Of a stretch of 64,000 bases of DNA, positions 38,823 to 49,133 are shown one piece after another. Under the pieces are notes generated by a model that saw only the letters and a list, made by a program, of their open reading frames with translations, was not told where the DNA came from and did no database searches. The DNA comes from Pyrodictiaceae archaeon. Lineage in GTDB: Archaea > Thermoproteota > Thermoprotei_A > Sulfolobales > Pyrodictiaceae. The stretch is from assembly GCA_027036135.1 (NCBI GenBank), contig JALVSY010000007.1, positions 612,880 to 676,879 on the forward strand, read 5' to 3'. Made by a program: the position numbers and the translations under genes. Numbering within the stretch: position 1 is the first letter of the stretch; every line of letters begins with the position of its first letter.

Positions 38823-38868
38823 CTCCTTTTCTTATGCCTCGTTTAAGAGCCATAGCCAGGGCCTAACC

Positions 38869-39507
38869 TCATAGTATTCCTTTCCGCCTTAATAGCTCTA
38901 GGGCCTCGCGTAGCCTCTTCTCCAGCGCTTCGTTCTCCCGCCTAGCAGCTTCAAGGACCTTGTCAAGGTTCATCTTGTCCCCGAGGGCTCCTAGGACTAG
39001 GAGTACTCTTGCACGCGCCTCTGCTGTGCCCCAGTATACCCATTCGCGTAGGTAGCGGAGCAGTAGCTCCTCGGGAGCCTCCACGTAGAACCAGCCAAAC
39101 CCGGGCACAACAACCCTTATCGGGGGGAATCGTGGCTTATACGAGGAAGCCACGAGATCTAAGGACTTCTCGGCACCGCCCAAGCTCAGCACAAGTCTCC
39201 GGGCACTCGTTGCACTCGCTTCCTCGCCTAGTAGCCTAAGGGCTTCCTCAAGGGCCTTAAACGCCTCGTAGCCCTGCACAACAAGGTCGACGTCGAGAGT
39301 CCTAATAGCGCCTCCAACGAGAAGCTCTAGCGCGAAACCACCGACAACTATGACGCGGCCAGCACCTTCCTCCTCGAGGACACGGTTGATAGCCGCTACT
39401 AGGGCAGCGAACCTATCCTCGGGCCTCGGCAGCCTACGAGCCCGTGCCGAGGCCTCCTTTATCGCGCCTAGTATGCGGCTAACAAGCCTCCTCCGTGCAG
39501 AGGACAA
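38869..39507 (-). CDS. Nucleotidyltransferase-fold protein
   Basis: VVGGFA.....G...T.DVD.V motif. Confidence 0.7.
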   Translation of the reverse strand: MSSARRRLVSRILGAIKEASARARRLPRPEDRFAALVAAINRVLEEEGAGRVIVVGGFALELLVGGAIRTLDVDLVVQGYEAFKALEEALRLLGEEASATSARRLVLSLGGAEKSLDLVASSYKPRFPPIRVVVPGFGWFYVEAPEELLLRYLREWVYWGTAEARARVLLVLGALGDKMNLDKVLEAARRENEALEKRLREALELLRRKGIL

Positions 39508-39712
39508 TCTCGTCCCTTCTCCTCCACCTATACTTCCTCCTAGCCTCTTCTCGGGCGAGTAGTGCTAGTCTGAGGAGCTCCTCTAGGGGTTTACGGGCCA
39601 GCGTGTCCCTTTCCCCTAGCTCGTCGAGTATAATGGCCACTATCCTTGCACGCCTCCTAGCTAGCCGGGCTCCTTGCTCGCGTAGCTCCTGGAGCGAGAC
39701 TTCGCCAGCCAT
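39479..39712 (-). CDS. Small basic protein, possible partner of the nucleotidyltransferase
   Basis: GGTGG SD plus ATG. Overlaps the downstream gene. Confidence 0.55.
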   Translation of the reverse strand: MAGEVSLQELREQGARLARRRARIVAIILDELGERDTLARKPLEELLRLALLAREEARRKYRWRRRDEIVLCTEEAC

Positions 39713-39807
39713 TGCCGGCCACCGCTATTTACCTATTTCTTGCCGCGTCTATCCCAGCTATAGGGTGTAGACTCGTTGCTTGAATAAAATCTTGCTACTC
39801 CTCTGTA

Positions 39808-40650
39808 TCACGGTAGCTCGTCTAGGGCTACTCTTCTCAGCCCCTCCAGTTTCTCGAAGCTAAGACCCGGTATACCGTCTCTTGCTAGGTCACGTATCGT
39901 TGAGGAGACATAGGCTACTAGGCCCTTGCTCGTAGCGAGTACTGGCTCGTAGTAGGCCTGCCTAGCCTGGTCGCCGCTTATCCTCTCCGAGAGGTACCCG
40001 TTGAGGTAGAGCACGGGGTCCTTGCCGGGCTCGATGAGCGCTACCCCTAGGTCTAGTGCGCTCTTCACATAGGGCTTCGCCTTCTCCACAGCATCCCCGA
40101 CGCCTAGCCCCATGGCTAGGTAGCGGGAGAGTAGAATTGTGAATACGTGCGTATCCGTGTAGTGCTCATGGGAGACACCGACCTCCTCGACAAGCCTCTC
40201 CTTGTCGATACCACCGTTATGCGCAACGTAGACCTCGAGGCGCCTCCTAGGCAGCTCCACTACCTCGTGGAACGGGTGAGCATTCATACTGCCCCGTGGC
40301 TCCCTCCTCCCAGCCCGCCTTGCATGGAATAATACAAGCGCGGCCTCAGAGCCCTCAACCTCCCGGGCAAGCCTCTCAGCCACCGCCTCGAGGGCCCCTA
40401 GGTTAGCCCTACATGCCTCCTCCTCGCTGAGCCCGGCATCAGCTGCATCAAACCTCTCATAGCCAAGAACCCAGGCACCCTTACGCCGGAGAGCAGCGAA
40501 GAACCCGTAGCCGTGGCAATGCCTAGCCTCGCCACCAGTAATAGCTGCCAAGTACGGGTCACTACTCGCAGCCTTGGGCAAGAGCCGGATAAGACTAGCC
40601 AGCTTACCCAAGCCCTCTCCAGCCGCTAAGCCAGCAATCATCCTACACAT
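39808..40650 (-). CDS. Class II glutamine amidotransferase (YafJ/EgtC-like)
   Basis: N-terminal MCRM, H.HGYG, HARRA, NAHPF, HNG and TD motifs. Confidence 0.88.
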   Translation of the reverse strand: MCRMIAGLAAGEGLGKLASLIRLLPKAASSDPYLAAITGGEARHCHGYGFFAALRRKGAWVLGYERFDAADAGLSEEEACRANLGALEAVAERLAREVEGSEAALVLFHARRAGRREPRGSMNAHPFHEVVELPRRRLEVYVAHNGGIDKERLVEEVGVSHEHYTDTHVFTILLSRYLAMGLGVGDAVEKAKPYVKSALDLGVALIEPGKDPVLYLNGYLSERISGDQARQAYYEPVLATSKGLVAYVSSTIRDLARDGIPGLSFEKLEGLRRVALDELP

Positions 40651-40813
40651 AGGGCGCACCCGCGATACTACCGCGGAGAACAAGGACGGCACGGTATGGG
40701 AATATAATTCCTTGGCCGCTAACCCAGGGCGCTAATCCTCCTTGCCACAATATAGCGATAAACATATAGAGCACGGATATATGATATAGCGTAAGAGGGG
40801 TCTTATACCTTCC

Positions 40814-42610
40814 TTGAGGCAATCAAGACTAATAATAATAATAGCCATGGTATTGTTTACCGCAATTATAACGCTACTCTATTTCATTGAGTCAAGGAGC
40901 CTATTGGTTGTCGTTGAGCTAGAGCCACAAACGTTTTGGGGGAAGTATAGCTTCGGCGCAGTACAAGTAATAGCGACTAATGGCCCGTACACCGTTTCAA
41001 AGACGTACTATATCAGGCCCTGGGCAAGGCTCGTAGCTATAAGGATAAACAAGGCTAGCCTCCTCCAAAAACCCCGCTACATAGGCAATAGTCAAAGAAA
41101 TCTAGCAGCAGTCCAAGTACTCCTATACCTTTATGATAAGAGAGGTAGGCTCTGCATAAGAGCAGCTAGGCTCACCACCTTTGAGTACTTTCTAGGAAAA
41201 ACTGGCAACCCCTTAAAGGCTGGCAGACTGGCCTACAAGCATCCCGACGCACTGCTAAGAACCAGGACAATTCATTTTCCATTCTCTAGTTTCTCGCCGT
41301 GCATATACATTGGTAAGGAGCTTGCAAAGATAGCGAAGACGATTAAGGCGACTCACCGCGTCAAGGTACTACAACCCAGTTCTCGACAGCTCCGCCTACT
41401 CGGCAAGGACGCGGAACTGGAACTGCTCTATCCCCAGCTCTATGAGCAGAGACGCAGCCCGCCACAGCAATGGCTACGCAGCATAGTACCTCGTGAAGTA
41501 GCCTCAGACGCCTGGTACATGTTCGCTACGAGATATAGCTATGGATTACTCTTCCCCGCGGACAAGTACAGCCTAGGAGACGCACTAGCCACCGCCCTGA
41601 CAAAATGGTACTGTAAACACGCGGAGAGAGGAGACCAAGAAATAGCCATGGGCCTTATCACCATGGATCAGCTGGTCAAGTGCCTACAAATCCCCAGGAC
41701 TGTTCATTGGAGAAGCCAGCTAGCACCAGGAACAATACTAAAACGCCTTAATATAGCACCTATAGCAGTACTAGATACTTACTGCGATAATTGCCCAACA
41801 GAGATACTCATCATAGGCACAGCCTTCGCTACTGGTCTCATCCAGTACACTACCGAGGGGATCTCGCTGCTCGGAGTAATAATGTACCCTGAGCCGGTTC
41901 TCGTTAATAAGCTAGTTGCAAGCCCCTGCGCTGGCGTAGTAATAGATAACCGAAGGAGAGAAATGATTCTCTATGCACCAATGAACGATACCTACGCCAC
42001 GGATGGAGCCATAGTACTATACTATGTCAATAAGACTTTTCTCGGCGGGAAAGAGTACTGGGAAATAATACCGATCTATGCTGGTACCATAATACATTAT
42101 TACGACTATAACTATGCCTCGATGAATTGCGCCAACTTTGCTCTCGACGAACCAAATACTATGCTCTACAAGGCTCAGCGAGCACAAAACTACCTATTAG
42201 GAGGCCTAGTCTCTAGGAACACTACTCTCTATAAGAGACTCCTATACGCTGATTTCACTATATCAATAACGCTCAACAAGTGCACCAAGACGCCTAGGTA
42301 TGCTAGGCTACTAGCTGGGCTAGTGGCCTCCGCGACCAATAACGCCGTGAACGAACTCATCAATTATATGCCCTGCGTCAACGAGGTATACGATCTCATA
42401 GAGGAGTCGATAATCGACCTAGGCACGAAGACGAGCACGTTCCACGTAAGCCTTGACAGCACGAATAAGAAGTACTGGGTATACATTAGAGTAGAAAAGC
42501 TAGTTCCGGAGGACATAGCCAGTCTATATTCCTTGGGGACCATGTGCTTACCTTCAGACCCCATATACTATGTCAGGGCCCGCGTTGCTCAGCCTCCTCG
42601 GTTCCATTAG
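40814..42610 (+). CDS. Large hypothetical exported/surface protein
   Basis: 598 aa with an N-terminal signal anchor, Tyr/Cys rich. No family recognised. Confidence 0.7.
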   Translation: MRQSRLIIIIAMVLFTAIITLLYFIESRSLLVVVELEPQTFWGKYSFGAVQVIATNGPYTVSKTYYIRPWARLVAIRINKASLLQKPRYIGNSQRNLAAVQVLLYLYDKRGRLCIRAARLTTFEYFLGKTGNPLKAGRLAYKHPDALLRTRTIHFPFSSFSPCIYIGKELAKIAKTIKATHRVKVLQPSSRQLRLLGKDAELELLYPQLYEQRRSPPQQWLRSIVPREVASDAWYMFATRYSYGLLFPADKYSLGDALATALTKWYCKHAERGDQEIAMGLITMDQLVKCLQIPRTVHWRSQLAPGTILKRLNIAPIAVLDTYCDNCPTEILIIGTAFATGLIQYTTEGISLLGVIMYPEPVLVNKLVASPCAGVVIDNRRREMILYAPMNDTYATDGAIVLYYVNKTFLGGKEYWEIIPIYAGTIIHYYDYNYASMNCANFALDEPNTMLYKAQRAQNYLLGGLVSRNTTLYKRLLYADFTISITLNKCTKTPRYARLLAGLVASATNNAVNELINYMPCVNEVYDLIEESIIDLGTKTSTFHVSLDSTNKKYWVYIRVEKLVPEDIASLYSLGTMCLPSDPIYYVRARVAQPPRFH

Positions 42611-42757
42611 GTAGCAAAATAGGTGAGAACAAGTACTTGGCATAGGGCGGAAGGAGCGAGAGAACGCGGAAAAAAGCACCTTATCTAGAAGTCCTTGGAC
42701 TCATTAACAAAAAGGATGTTAGGAAAAGAGGGCCCCCTTGTCTCTAGGTCTCTTTCC

Positions 42758-44185
42758 TTAGGGTGCTGGTGTGTATGCGTATAGTGGTATTCCGTAGAGC
42801 TTCCATGGCTGTATTGCTAGGGCTATTGTTATGAGCACGGCTATTAGTGCTGCGTAGACTCGGTAATCGTTCTTTATTGTTGGTGTTTCCTCTGTTGGTG
42901 GCTGTACTAGCTGGTAGAGCATGTAGCCGTAGTAGTAGGCTGCTATGGCGAAGTTTAGGAGCATTAGGAATGCTAGCCAGGCGCTAGCAGAGGTCGCTGC
43001 TATTAGGAGGTATAGCTTGCTCCAGAACCCTAGGGTGAATGGGAGCCCCATTAGATTCATGAGGGCTATCGCTAGGGCTGCTGCCGCTACTGGGCTCCGG
43101 TGCGCTAGTCCCCGTAGCCTGTTCCAAGTGCATGGCCCGTCTTCGCATGTCGCGTCTAGTACTTGGAAGCCTGCGAGCTTTGAGAATGCGTAGGTTGTGG
43201 TGTGGAGCGCTATACCTGCTAGTGCTGCCTCGCGGTTTATGCCTGCTAGCGCCGCTAGGGTAGCGAATCCTACTACTATGTAGCCTGCCTGCGCGACGCT
43301 GCTATAGGCTAGTGTTTTCTGGGGCGAGTCCCTAACTGCTAGTATTCCTCCGAGGTTGCCATAGAACATTGTTAGTAGTGCTAGTATCGCTGCTATCCAG
43401 AACAATGAGGCGGGTGCTCTTAGGGCGAAGGGTGTTATGAGCTTGACTATTAGTAGTGCTGCTACTAGCTTTGCCAGCGCCGAGGCAGCTGCTACTGTTA
43501 TTGGCCTAGAGTTGCCGTAGACGTCTATCGCCCATGCGTGGAACGGTACTACTCCCATCTTGAACCCTACAGCTATGATTATGAGGGCCACTACTGGCAC
43601 CGTGTACAATGGATCTGTCTGTACTAGGCCGCTGGTCATGTAGACGTTTCCGTGAACTATGTAGTAGAGTATTATGCCGAAGAGCAACAGTATTGTCGCT
43701 ACTGAGCCCGTTGTGCCATACTTCATCGCTGTCTCGGCAGAGATGCCGTTCTTCCGGAGAGCTATGAGTATGTAGGCGGCCACAGCAGCCATTATCCAGG
43801 CCACGTATGCTAGGTATACGACGCGCGCAAACCCTATCGATATCAGGCCAAGCACTATTAGGGCTAGGATTGCGTAGAACGCGTCACCTGCATCCCATTC
43901 CTCTGTAACGCTGTGGGCCCCGAGACCAGCTAGTAGGAACACCATTACAGACACTATTACCAAGAACAAGGAATACTTGTCATAGACCGCTGAGCCCTTC
44001 AGCACTGTGACGTAGGGGACAGGGCCCATCTCATAACCTATGTAGAGTAGTGTGAAGAGGACTAGTAGCGACGAGGCATAGAACGATGCCTTGACAGCTT
44101 TCTTGCCCATTAGCGGCGCGACTAGTGCTGTGAACCCATAGGCTATCGTCGCGATTATTAGCCCCGAGACGTATACCGAGACCAT
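42758..44185 (-). CDS. nuoN: Complex I subunit N
   Basis: ETAMKY, GFKMGVVPFHAW..DVY, LAYSS.AQAGY and GF.SK motifs. Confidence 0.9.
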   Translation of the reverse strand: MVSVYVSGLIIATIAYGFTALVAPLMGKKAVKASFYASSLLVLFTLLYIGYEMGPVPYVTVLKGSAVYDKYSLFLVIVSVMVFLLAGLGAHSVTEEWDAGDAFYAILALIVLGLISIGFARVVYLAYVAWIMAAVAAYILIALRKNGISAETAMKYGTTGSVATILLLFGIILYYIVHGNVYMTSGLVQTDPLYTVPVVALIIIAVGFKMGVVPFHAWAIDVYGNSRPITVAAASALAKLVAALLIVKLITPFALRAPASLFWIAAILALLTMFYGNLGGILAVRDSPQKTLAYSSVAQAGYIVVGFATLAALAGINREAALAGIALHTTTYAFSKLAGFQVLDATCEDGPCTWNRLRGLAHRSPVAAAALAIALMNLMGLPFTLGFWSKLYLLIAATSASAWLAFLMLLNFAIAAYYYGYMLYQLVQPPTEETPTIKNDYRVYAALIAVLITIALAIQPWKLYGIPLYAYTPAP

Positions 44186-44219
44186 GCCTTCTCACCTTCT
44201 TCCTAGCTCCCTCCCTAGC

Positions 44220-46175
44220 TCACCCCGTGAACAGTATGACGAAGGCGGAGATTAGGGCGGCGAGGAGTATACCCATAAAGAAGTAAGCCATGTACATTTG
44301 TAGGTCTCCGCTCTGCAGCTCCCTCACCTTCTTGCTCACTGAGACGTTGGCACCGGGTATCGCGACGTGTATTAGCTCGTCGTAGCCCTTCTCAACGCTG
44401 TCTCTTAGCCAGCGAGATAGCCATGCACCAGGATACACTATTAGTCTATAGATTATTGAGTTCACGTACCAGCGGTCGTAGAGGAAGTTATAGAGAGCCC
44501 TCAGCAACGCGCTTCTCTCAACCCACTCTATTGGACGGATACCCATGAAGTATATCGCAACGGTTGAGGCGCCTAGTATCGCTGCCAGTGTGCCGGGCAG
44601 CATATCCATGACTGAGAGGTGTAGCTCTGGGGCTCCAACAGCAGCTGCTATGTGAGGCTCTATCCATGGCCATACGAGGCCGAGACCTAGCGCTGTTAGG
44701 CCTAGTGCTAGGTAGGGGCCTAGCATCAATGGATGTGCCTCGTGGAGGTGCTCGTGCTTCTTCCTCATAGGGGCGTGGAACACATAGTATATCATCCTCA
44801 TCGTGTAGGCGCCGGTGAGAACAGCTGTTATCAATGCGCCTATTGCTAGCCACTCGCTGTACTCCCACATAGCGTGAACTGTTAGATCTTTGCTCCACCA
44901 TCCTGAGAATGGCGGTATCGCTGCTAGGCTTAGGCCAGCCAGTATCGTCGCGACATAGGTCCAGGGCATGTACTTCTTTAGCTCGCCCATATCGTCTATG
45001 AACCTGCTGTGCACAGCGTGTATTATCGCGCCAGCAGCGAGGAAGAGCGTTGCCTTGAACACTGCGTGTGATATGAGGTGGGCGAAGCCCCCGAGGTCTC
45101 CCAGGGCTGCCTCGTTAACAGCTGCCCCAGCGAATATCGCGCCGAGCATGTAGGATAGCTGGCTCGCGGTCGAGTATGCTAGTATTAGCTTTAGCTCCCT
45201 CGATACAATCGCCATCGTGGCAGTGGCGAACGCGGTTAGCAGTGCTAGCCATGCCAGCGCCTTAAGCATCGCCGCACCGGTGCCGAAGGGAGCGAAGACA
45301 CCGAGAGCTATTATCGGAGCAAAGCGGAGAGCATAGAACACGCCAGCCTTGACCATCGTGGCTGCGTGTATTAGCGCTGACACCGATGTCGGGCCAGTCA
45401 TCGCTGTGACGAGCCATTCATAGAACGGGAACTGCGCGCTCTTAGCAAGGGCTCCTAGGAAGAATAGGAGTATCCAGTAAGCCGCTATTCCTCTCAGTGT
45501 TAGCTCGGCGAAGAACTCGTAGATATGGTTGTGTAGCACAGTTATGCTGGTGGAGCCTAGTACTGCGTAGACGACGCCGAAGCCTATTAGCATGCCGACG
45601 TCGCCGAGGCGTGTAAACACTATAGCTCTTAGCCCGCTGTGGCTCGGCGTGAACCACATCGGGACCTTCCAGGCCTTCCTGCCAGGGTCGCCTACCCAGA
45701 ACTCCTCGCGGTCATCGTAGTAGAAGCTTATCAGTGCCCAGCTCGAGAGACCAGTGCCCTCCCAGCCAACGAACATCGTGACCATGTCGCCGGCGTAGAC
45801 CAGTAGTAGCATGCTCGCTACGAAGAAGGTGTAGAAGAACCAGTACCGGGGCGCGCCCCACTCTCCTATGTACTCCACGCTGTAGATGCCTATCATTAGG
45901 CTAAGCGTCGCCACTACCACGCCCATTATCAATGAGAGCTTATCAGCCATTATCGAGAAGTGAACCCCTAGGCTCTTCACCCACGTATAGCTGAGCACCG
46001 ACTCGCCACTAGCCAGGGCTATCCACGCGAACAGCGTTGAGAGCGTTAGCCCCGCCACGCTGGTCCAGGCAATGATCTTCCACCTAGCCTCTGCTGCACC
46101 GAGTAACAGGGCTATTACTGAGAACGTGTACCCTGTTAGTACGCTCGCAAGCGCCCAGGAAGCGCCGTCCATCAA
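44220..46175 (-). CDS. nuoL: Complex I subunit L
   Basis: GWEG.G..S, KSAQFP...WL..AM.GPT.VSALIHAATMV and HA.FKA motifs. Confidence 0.92.
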   Translation of the reverse strand: MMDGASWALASVLTGYTFSVIALLLGAAEARWKIIAWTSVAGLTLSTLFAWIALASGESVLSYTWVKSLGVHFSIMADKLSLIMGVVVATLSLMIGIYSVEYIGEWGAPRYWFFYTFFVASMLLLVYAGDMVTMFVGWEGTGLSSWALISFYYDDREEFWVGDPGRKAWKVPMWFTPSHSGLRAIVFTRLGDVGMLIGFGVVYAVLGSTSITVLHNHIYEFFAELTLRGIAAYWILLFFLGALAKSAQFPFYEWLVTAMTGPTSVSALIHAATMVKAGVFYALRFAPIIALGVFAPFGTGAAMLKALAWLALLTAFATATMAIVSRELKLILAYSTASQLSYMLGAIFAGAAVNEAALGDLGGFAHLISHAVFKATLFLAAGAIIHAVHSRFIDDMGELKKYMPWTYVATILAGLSLAAIPPFSGWWSKDLTVHAMWEYSEWLAIGALITAVLTGAYTMRMIYYVFHAPMRKKHEHLHEAHPLMLGPYLALGLTALGLGLVWPWIEPHIAAAVGAPELHLSVMDMLPGTLAAILGASTVAIYFMGIRPIEWVERSALLRALYNFLYDRWYVNSIIYRLIVYPGAWLSRWLRDSVEKGYDELIHVAIPGANVSVSKKVRELQSGDLQMYMAYFFMGILLAALISAFVILFTG

Positions 46176-46179
46176 GCCA

Positions 46180-47688
46180 TCACCTCAGGGCATAGACGGT
46201 TTTCATGTTCTGTGCAACCGGGTCAGCAAACCAACCAATAACTATGAAGAAAACAATCGCTAGCACGAGGAGCACGAGGAGAGAGGCGATCAAGCTCCGT
46301 GCGGGCTTCTCCGAGGCCTCCTCGTAGACTGGGCCGCCGGGGCCGTAGAAGACGCGCTTAAACGTAGTAAAGCTATATATCACTGTGAGCGTCATAGAGG
46401 CTATGACTAGTATTGTTAGTGCTACAAAGCTCCAAAGCCCGTAGCCCATAGCCCACTTAGAGAAGCCGAATACTAGGTATATCTCGCTCCACATACCCAT
46501 TGTCGGCGGCAGTCCAGATATCAGCATGAAGCCTACCAGGGCTAGTGCGCCAGTATACGGCATTTTGCGTAGCAGGCCACCCATGTTCTCTAGGTCCCTC
46601 GTCCCGAGGGCGACTATGAAGATGCCAGCGACGCCGAAGAGGAGTGCCTTGCCAAGCGCGTGGGTAAGGTAGTGGAGTATAGCTCCTGTCTCCGCCTCGG
46701 CGTTGGCGATGGATAGGCCTAGCATTAGGTAGCCCATCTGCGATATACTGCTATAGGCGAAGAGTCGCTTAATATCACGCTGCGATAATACTAGGAAGCC
46801 ACCGTAGAGCATAGTTACTATAGCCCATAGGAATAGCCAGGGAGTCGCCTCTGACCAGAGGGAGCCGAAGTACCCTATACCTGCCCTTAGAAGCACGTAT
46901 CCACCTATACCGATGAGTAGCGGGGATAGCAGCGCCGATATCGGTGTCGGGGCCTCGGCGTGCGCGTATGGAAGCCATAGGTGCAGCCCACCCATGGCCA
47001 TCTTCACGCTAGCGCCTATGAGCACTAAGAGGAATGCTGCTAAGCTATGGCTCACGTCAGTGACGTAGCCTGCCCCAGGCACGTAGAAGTCGAAGCGCCC
47101 AACAACGAACATGCCGATGATGAATAGCACTGCGCCTACATGGGTCCAGATAAGATAGATTAGGCCTACTTTAAAGCGGTCACCGTAGCCGTAGAGGACT
47201 ATTAGGAGGGCGCTGGGTATCAGTGTTAGCTCCAAGAAGAGGTAGAACAGTATAGCGTTGCTAGCCAGTACGGCGCCCAACATACCGGCAGTGAAGAGCT
47301 GGTATAGGAAGTAGTAGGTGGAGAAGCTCCCGGAGCCCATCTCGTGGAACCGATGCTCCATGTAGGGAGCGGAGTAGAGCGCTATGATGAAACTCACCAC
47401 TGCGATGCTCATAGCCATGAGCGCGCTAATAGAATCCATGAACAAGCCCAGTGTACCGAAGCTACTCGTCCTAGCATACCAGGGGTCAACAGCTACAACG
47501 TTGTCGCGGAAAACCTTAGCCAGCACAGGGGCTAGTAGCGCTAGCGTGACTGCCCAGGAACCAGCAGCTATCCCGGCATGTGTAGCCTTGGAAGCCCTAC
47601 GGGCAGAGGCGTTGATGAACCCAGCGATTATTGGTATGAGTACAGAGGCCCAGAGAATAGGGTATCCCAGCACGTACTCCGTGGGCAT
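46180..47688 (-). CDS. nuoM: Complex I subunit M
   Basis: FY.F.E.TLIP, HLWLP.AHAEAPT and AYSSISQMG motifs. Confidence 0.9.
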   Translation of the reverse strand: MPTEYVLGYPILWASVLIPIIAGFINASARRASKATHAGIAAGSWAVTLALLAPVLAKVFRDNVVAVDPWYARTSSFGTLGLFMDSISALMAMSIAVVSFIIALYSAPYMEHRFHEMGSGSFSTYYFLYQLFTAGMLGAVLASNAILFYLFLELTLIPSALLIVLYGYGDRFKVGLIYLIWTHVGAVLFIIGMFVVGRFDFYVPGAGYVTDVSHSLAAFLLVLIGASVKMAMGGLHLWLPYAHAEAPTPISALLSPLLIGIGGYVLLRAGIGYFGSLWSEATPWLFLWAIVTMLYGGFLVLSQRDIKRLFAYSSISQMGYLMLGLSIANAEAETGAILHYLTHALGKALLFGVAGIFIVALGTRDLENMGGLLRKMPYTGALALVGFMLISGLPPTMGMWSEIYLVFGFSKWAMGYGLWSFVALTILVIASMTLTVIYSFTTFKRVFYGPGGPVYEEASEKPARSLIASLLVLLVLAIVFFIVIGWFADPVAQNMKTVYALR

Positions 47689-47694
47689 GGGTCG

Positions 47695-48015
47695 TCACCC
47701 CTTTGCCTCGCGCAAATCCTTCACGGCCAGGGTTCTCCTAGTGCGGTAAATGAGCACGACTATAGCCAGGAGAATAGCCATCTCGGCTATAGTGAGTATT
47801 ATGACGGTTAGTAAGACGGAGTAGAAACCAGCCTTGGAGCCCGAGGAGGCGACAACCCCGATGTAGGCGGCAGTGAGCACTACGACGTTGAACAAGACCT
47901 CTATCGAGACGAGGAGCCTTAGGAGGCTCTGCGCCGTGAGTATTCCATAAATAGCAGCTGAGCCAGCGATAACAGTAGCGGTGTAAACTAGTGCAGCCAG
48001 TAGCTCACCATTCAA
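47695..48015 (-). CDS. nuoK: Complex I subunit K
   Basis: 3 TM segments, SIEVLFN and AE.A motifs. Confidence 0.85.
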   Translation of the reverse strand: MNGELLAALVYTATVIAGSAAIYGILTAQSLLRLLVSIEVLFNVVVLTAAYIGVVASSGSKAGFYSVLLTVIILTIAEMAILLAIVVLIYRTRRTLAVKDLREAKG

Positions 48016-48111
48016 GACTCGACTCCTCTCCTCCAATCTGTTAAAGAAGCAATTATACGTAAGTTTAAAGAGATAACCCTTTGCATAACGGCAAAAAACT
48101 GGGCACGTGAA

Positions 48112-48621
48112 TCACCCCGTTTGGCTCCTCCTAGCAACGCTGATGGCTTCTACTAGTACAGCAGCGATAGTTATCATCATCAGTATGGTGCAGAACCAGC
48201 ATCCTGTGAAGAATCCAGCTGCATCCGCTAAGCTATACTTCGTCTGGGCCAACTGAGCGCTTGTAATCGGGTGGCGTACAGCATAGACCGCTAGCGGCGC
48301 CTCAAGGGTGGCAGCAGCAACCACCGATAATAGTGCCAAGTCTCTCCGATGCCTAGGCTCCTCGTAGAGATCACCAACCATCATTACTACGAAGGCTAGT
48401 AGCGCTATAGTGGTGCCAGCATAGACTATTACATAGAAGGCTGCGAGGTAGGCATATCCCATTAATCCCATCATTGCAGCTGTAGCGAGGGCAACCATAA
48501 GCAACATGAACACAGCCTTCATCGTACGCCTAGCAACAGCAGTGCCAACGGCGGCAGCAGCTAATACGGCTAAGGAGCCGATTATAGCTGTGTCTAGGGT
48601 AACGCTACTCCACAGGCTCAT
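48112..48621 (-). CDS. nuoJ: Complex I subunit J
   Basis: YLAA..VIVYAG....L..FVVM motif. Confidence 0.85.
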   Translation of the reverse strand: MSLWSSVTLDTAIIGSLAVLAAAAVGTAVARRTMKAVFMLLMVALATAAMMGLMGYAYLAAFYVIVYAGTTIALLAFVVMMVGDLYEEPRHRRDLALLSVVAAATLEAPLAVYAVRHPITSAQLAQTKYSLADAAGFFTGCWFCTILMMITIAAVLVEAISVARRSQTG

Positions 48622-49117
48622 AGCGGAGACCCACCTCCTCGTCAACACGCGTTATAACGAGCTTGCGCTTCCTCTTTGCGTGCTCTTCTACGAGCTTCTT
48701 CGAAATAATGTGCCACTCAACCGGGTCAAAGTCCATGCTCCCTATTTGCTCAAAGACCTCGTCGTGCACAGGGCTCACATCAAGCGCGTCGGTTGGACAG
48801 ATGTCTGTGCAGAGGCCGCAGTGAATACAGCGACCAGCGTCATAGCCCGGCCTTATCCTCTTATCTCCTGGTACACGGTACATGTGGATAGCTCTTGGCG
48901 GGCATATCTGGGCACAGAGGCTACAACCAATGCACTTATTGTAGTTGAATATTATGAAGCCTCTGAAGTACTCTGGCTTCTTCTCCTCCATATCTGGGTA
49001 CATCAGAGTCATAGGCTTCCTTGTGAGCCACTTGATGCCAGTAGCTATGGCCTCTAGGTGTGCCAGTACCGGGTTAATACTCGGACGATGATTATCTCGC
49101 TCCTCCTTATTTGTCAT
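48605..49117 (-). CDS. nuoI: Complex I subunit I
   Basis: T..YP, CIGCSLCAQICP and CIHCGLCTDICP motifs. Confidence 0.92.
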   Translation of the reverse strand: MTNKEERDNHRPSINPVLAHLEAIATGIKWLTRKPMTLMYPDMEEKKPEYFRGFIIFNYNKCIGCSLCAQICPPRAIHMYRVPGDKRIRPGYDAGRCIHCGLCTDICPTDALDVSPVHDEVFEQIGSMDFDPVEWHIISKKLVEEHAKRKRKLVITRVDEEVGLRYEPVE

Positions 49118-49133
49118 AAATGTACCACCTTAC

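Noticed and set aside
42575-42596. GGGCCCG..GCTCAGCCT resembling a tRNA 5' end or att site
   Set aside because: It lies inside a coding 3' end with no cloverleaf, T-arm or integrase nearby.
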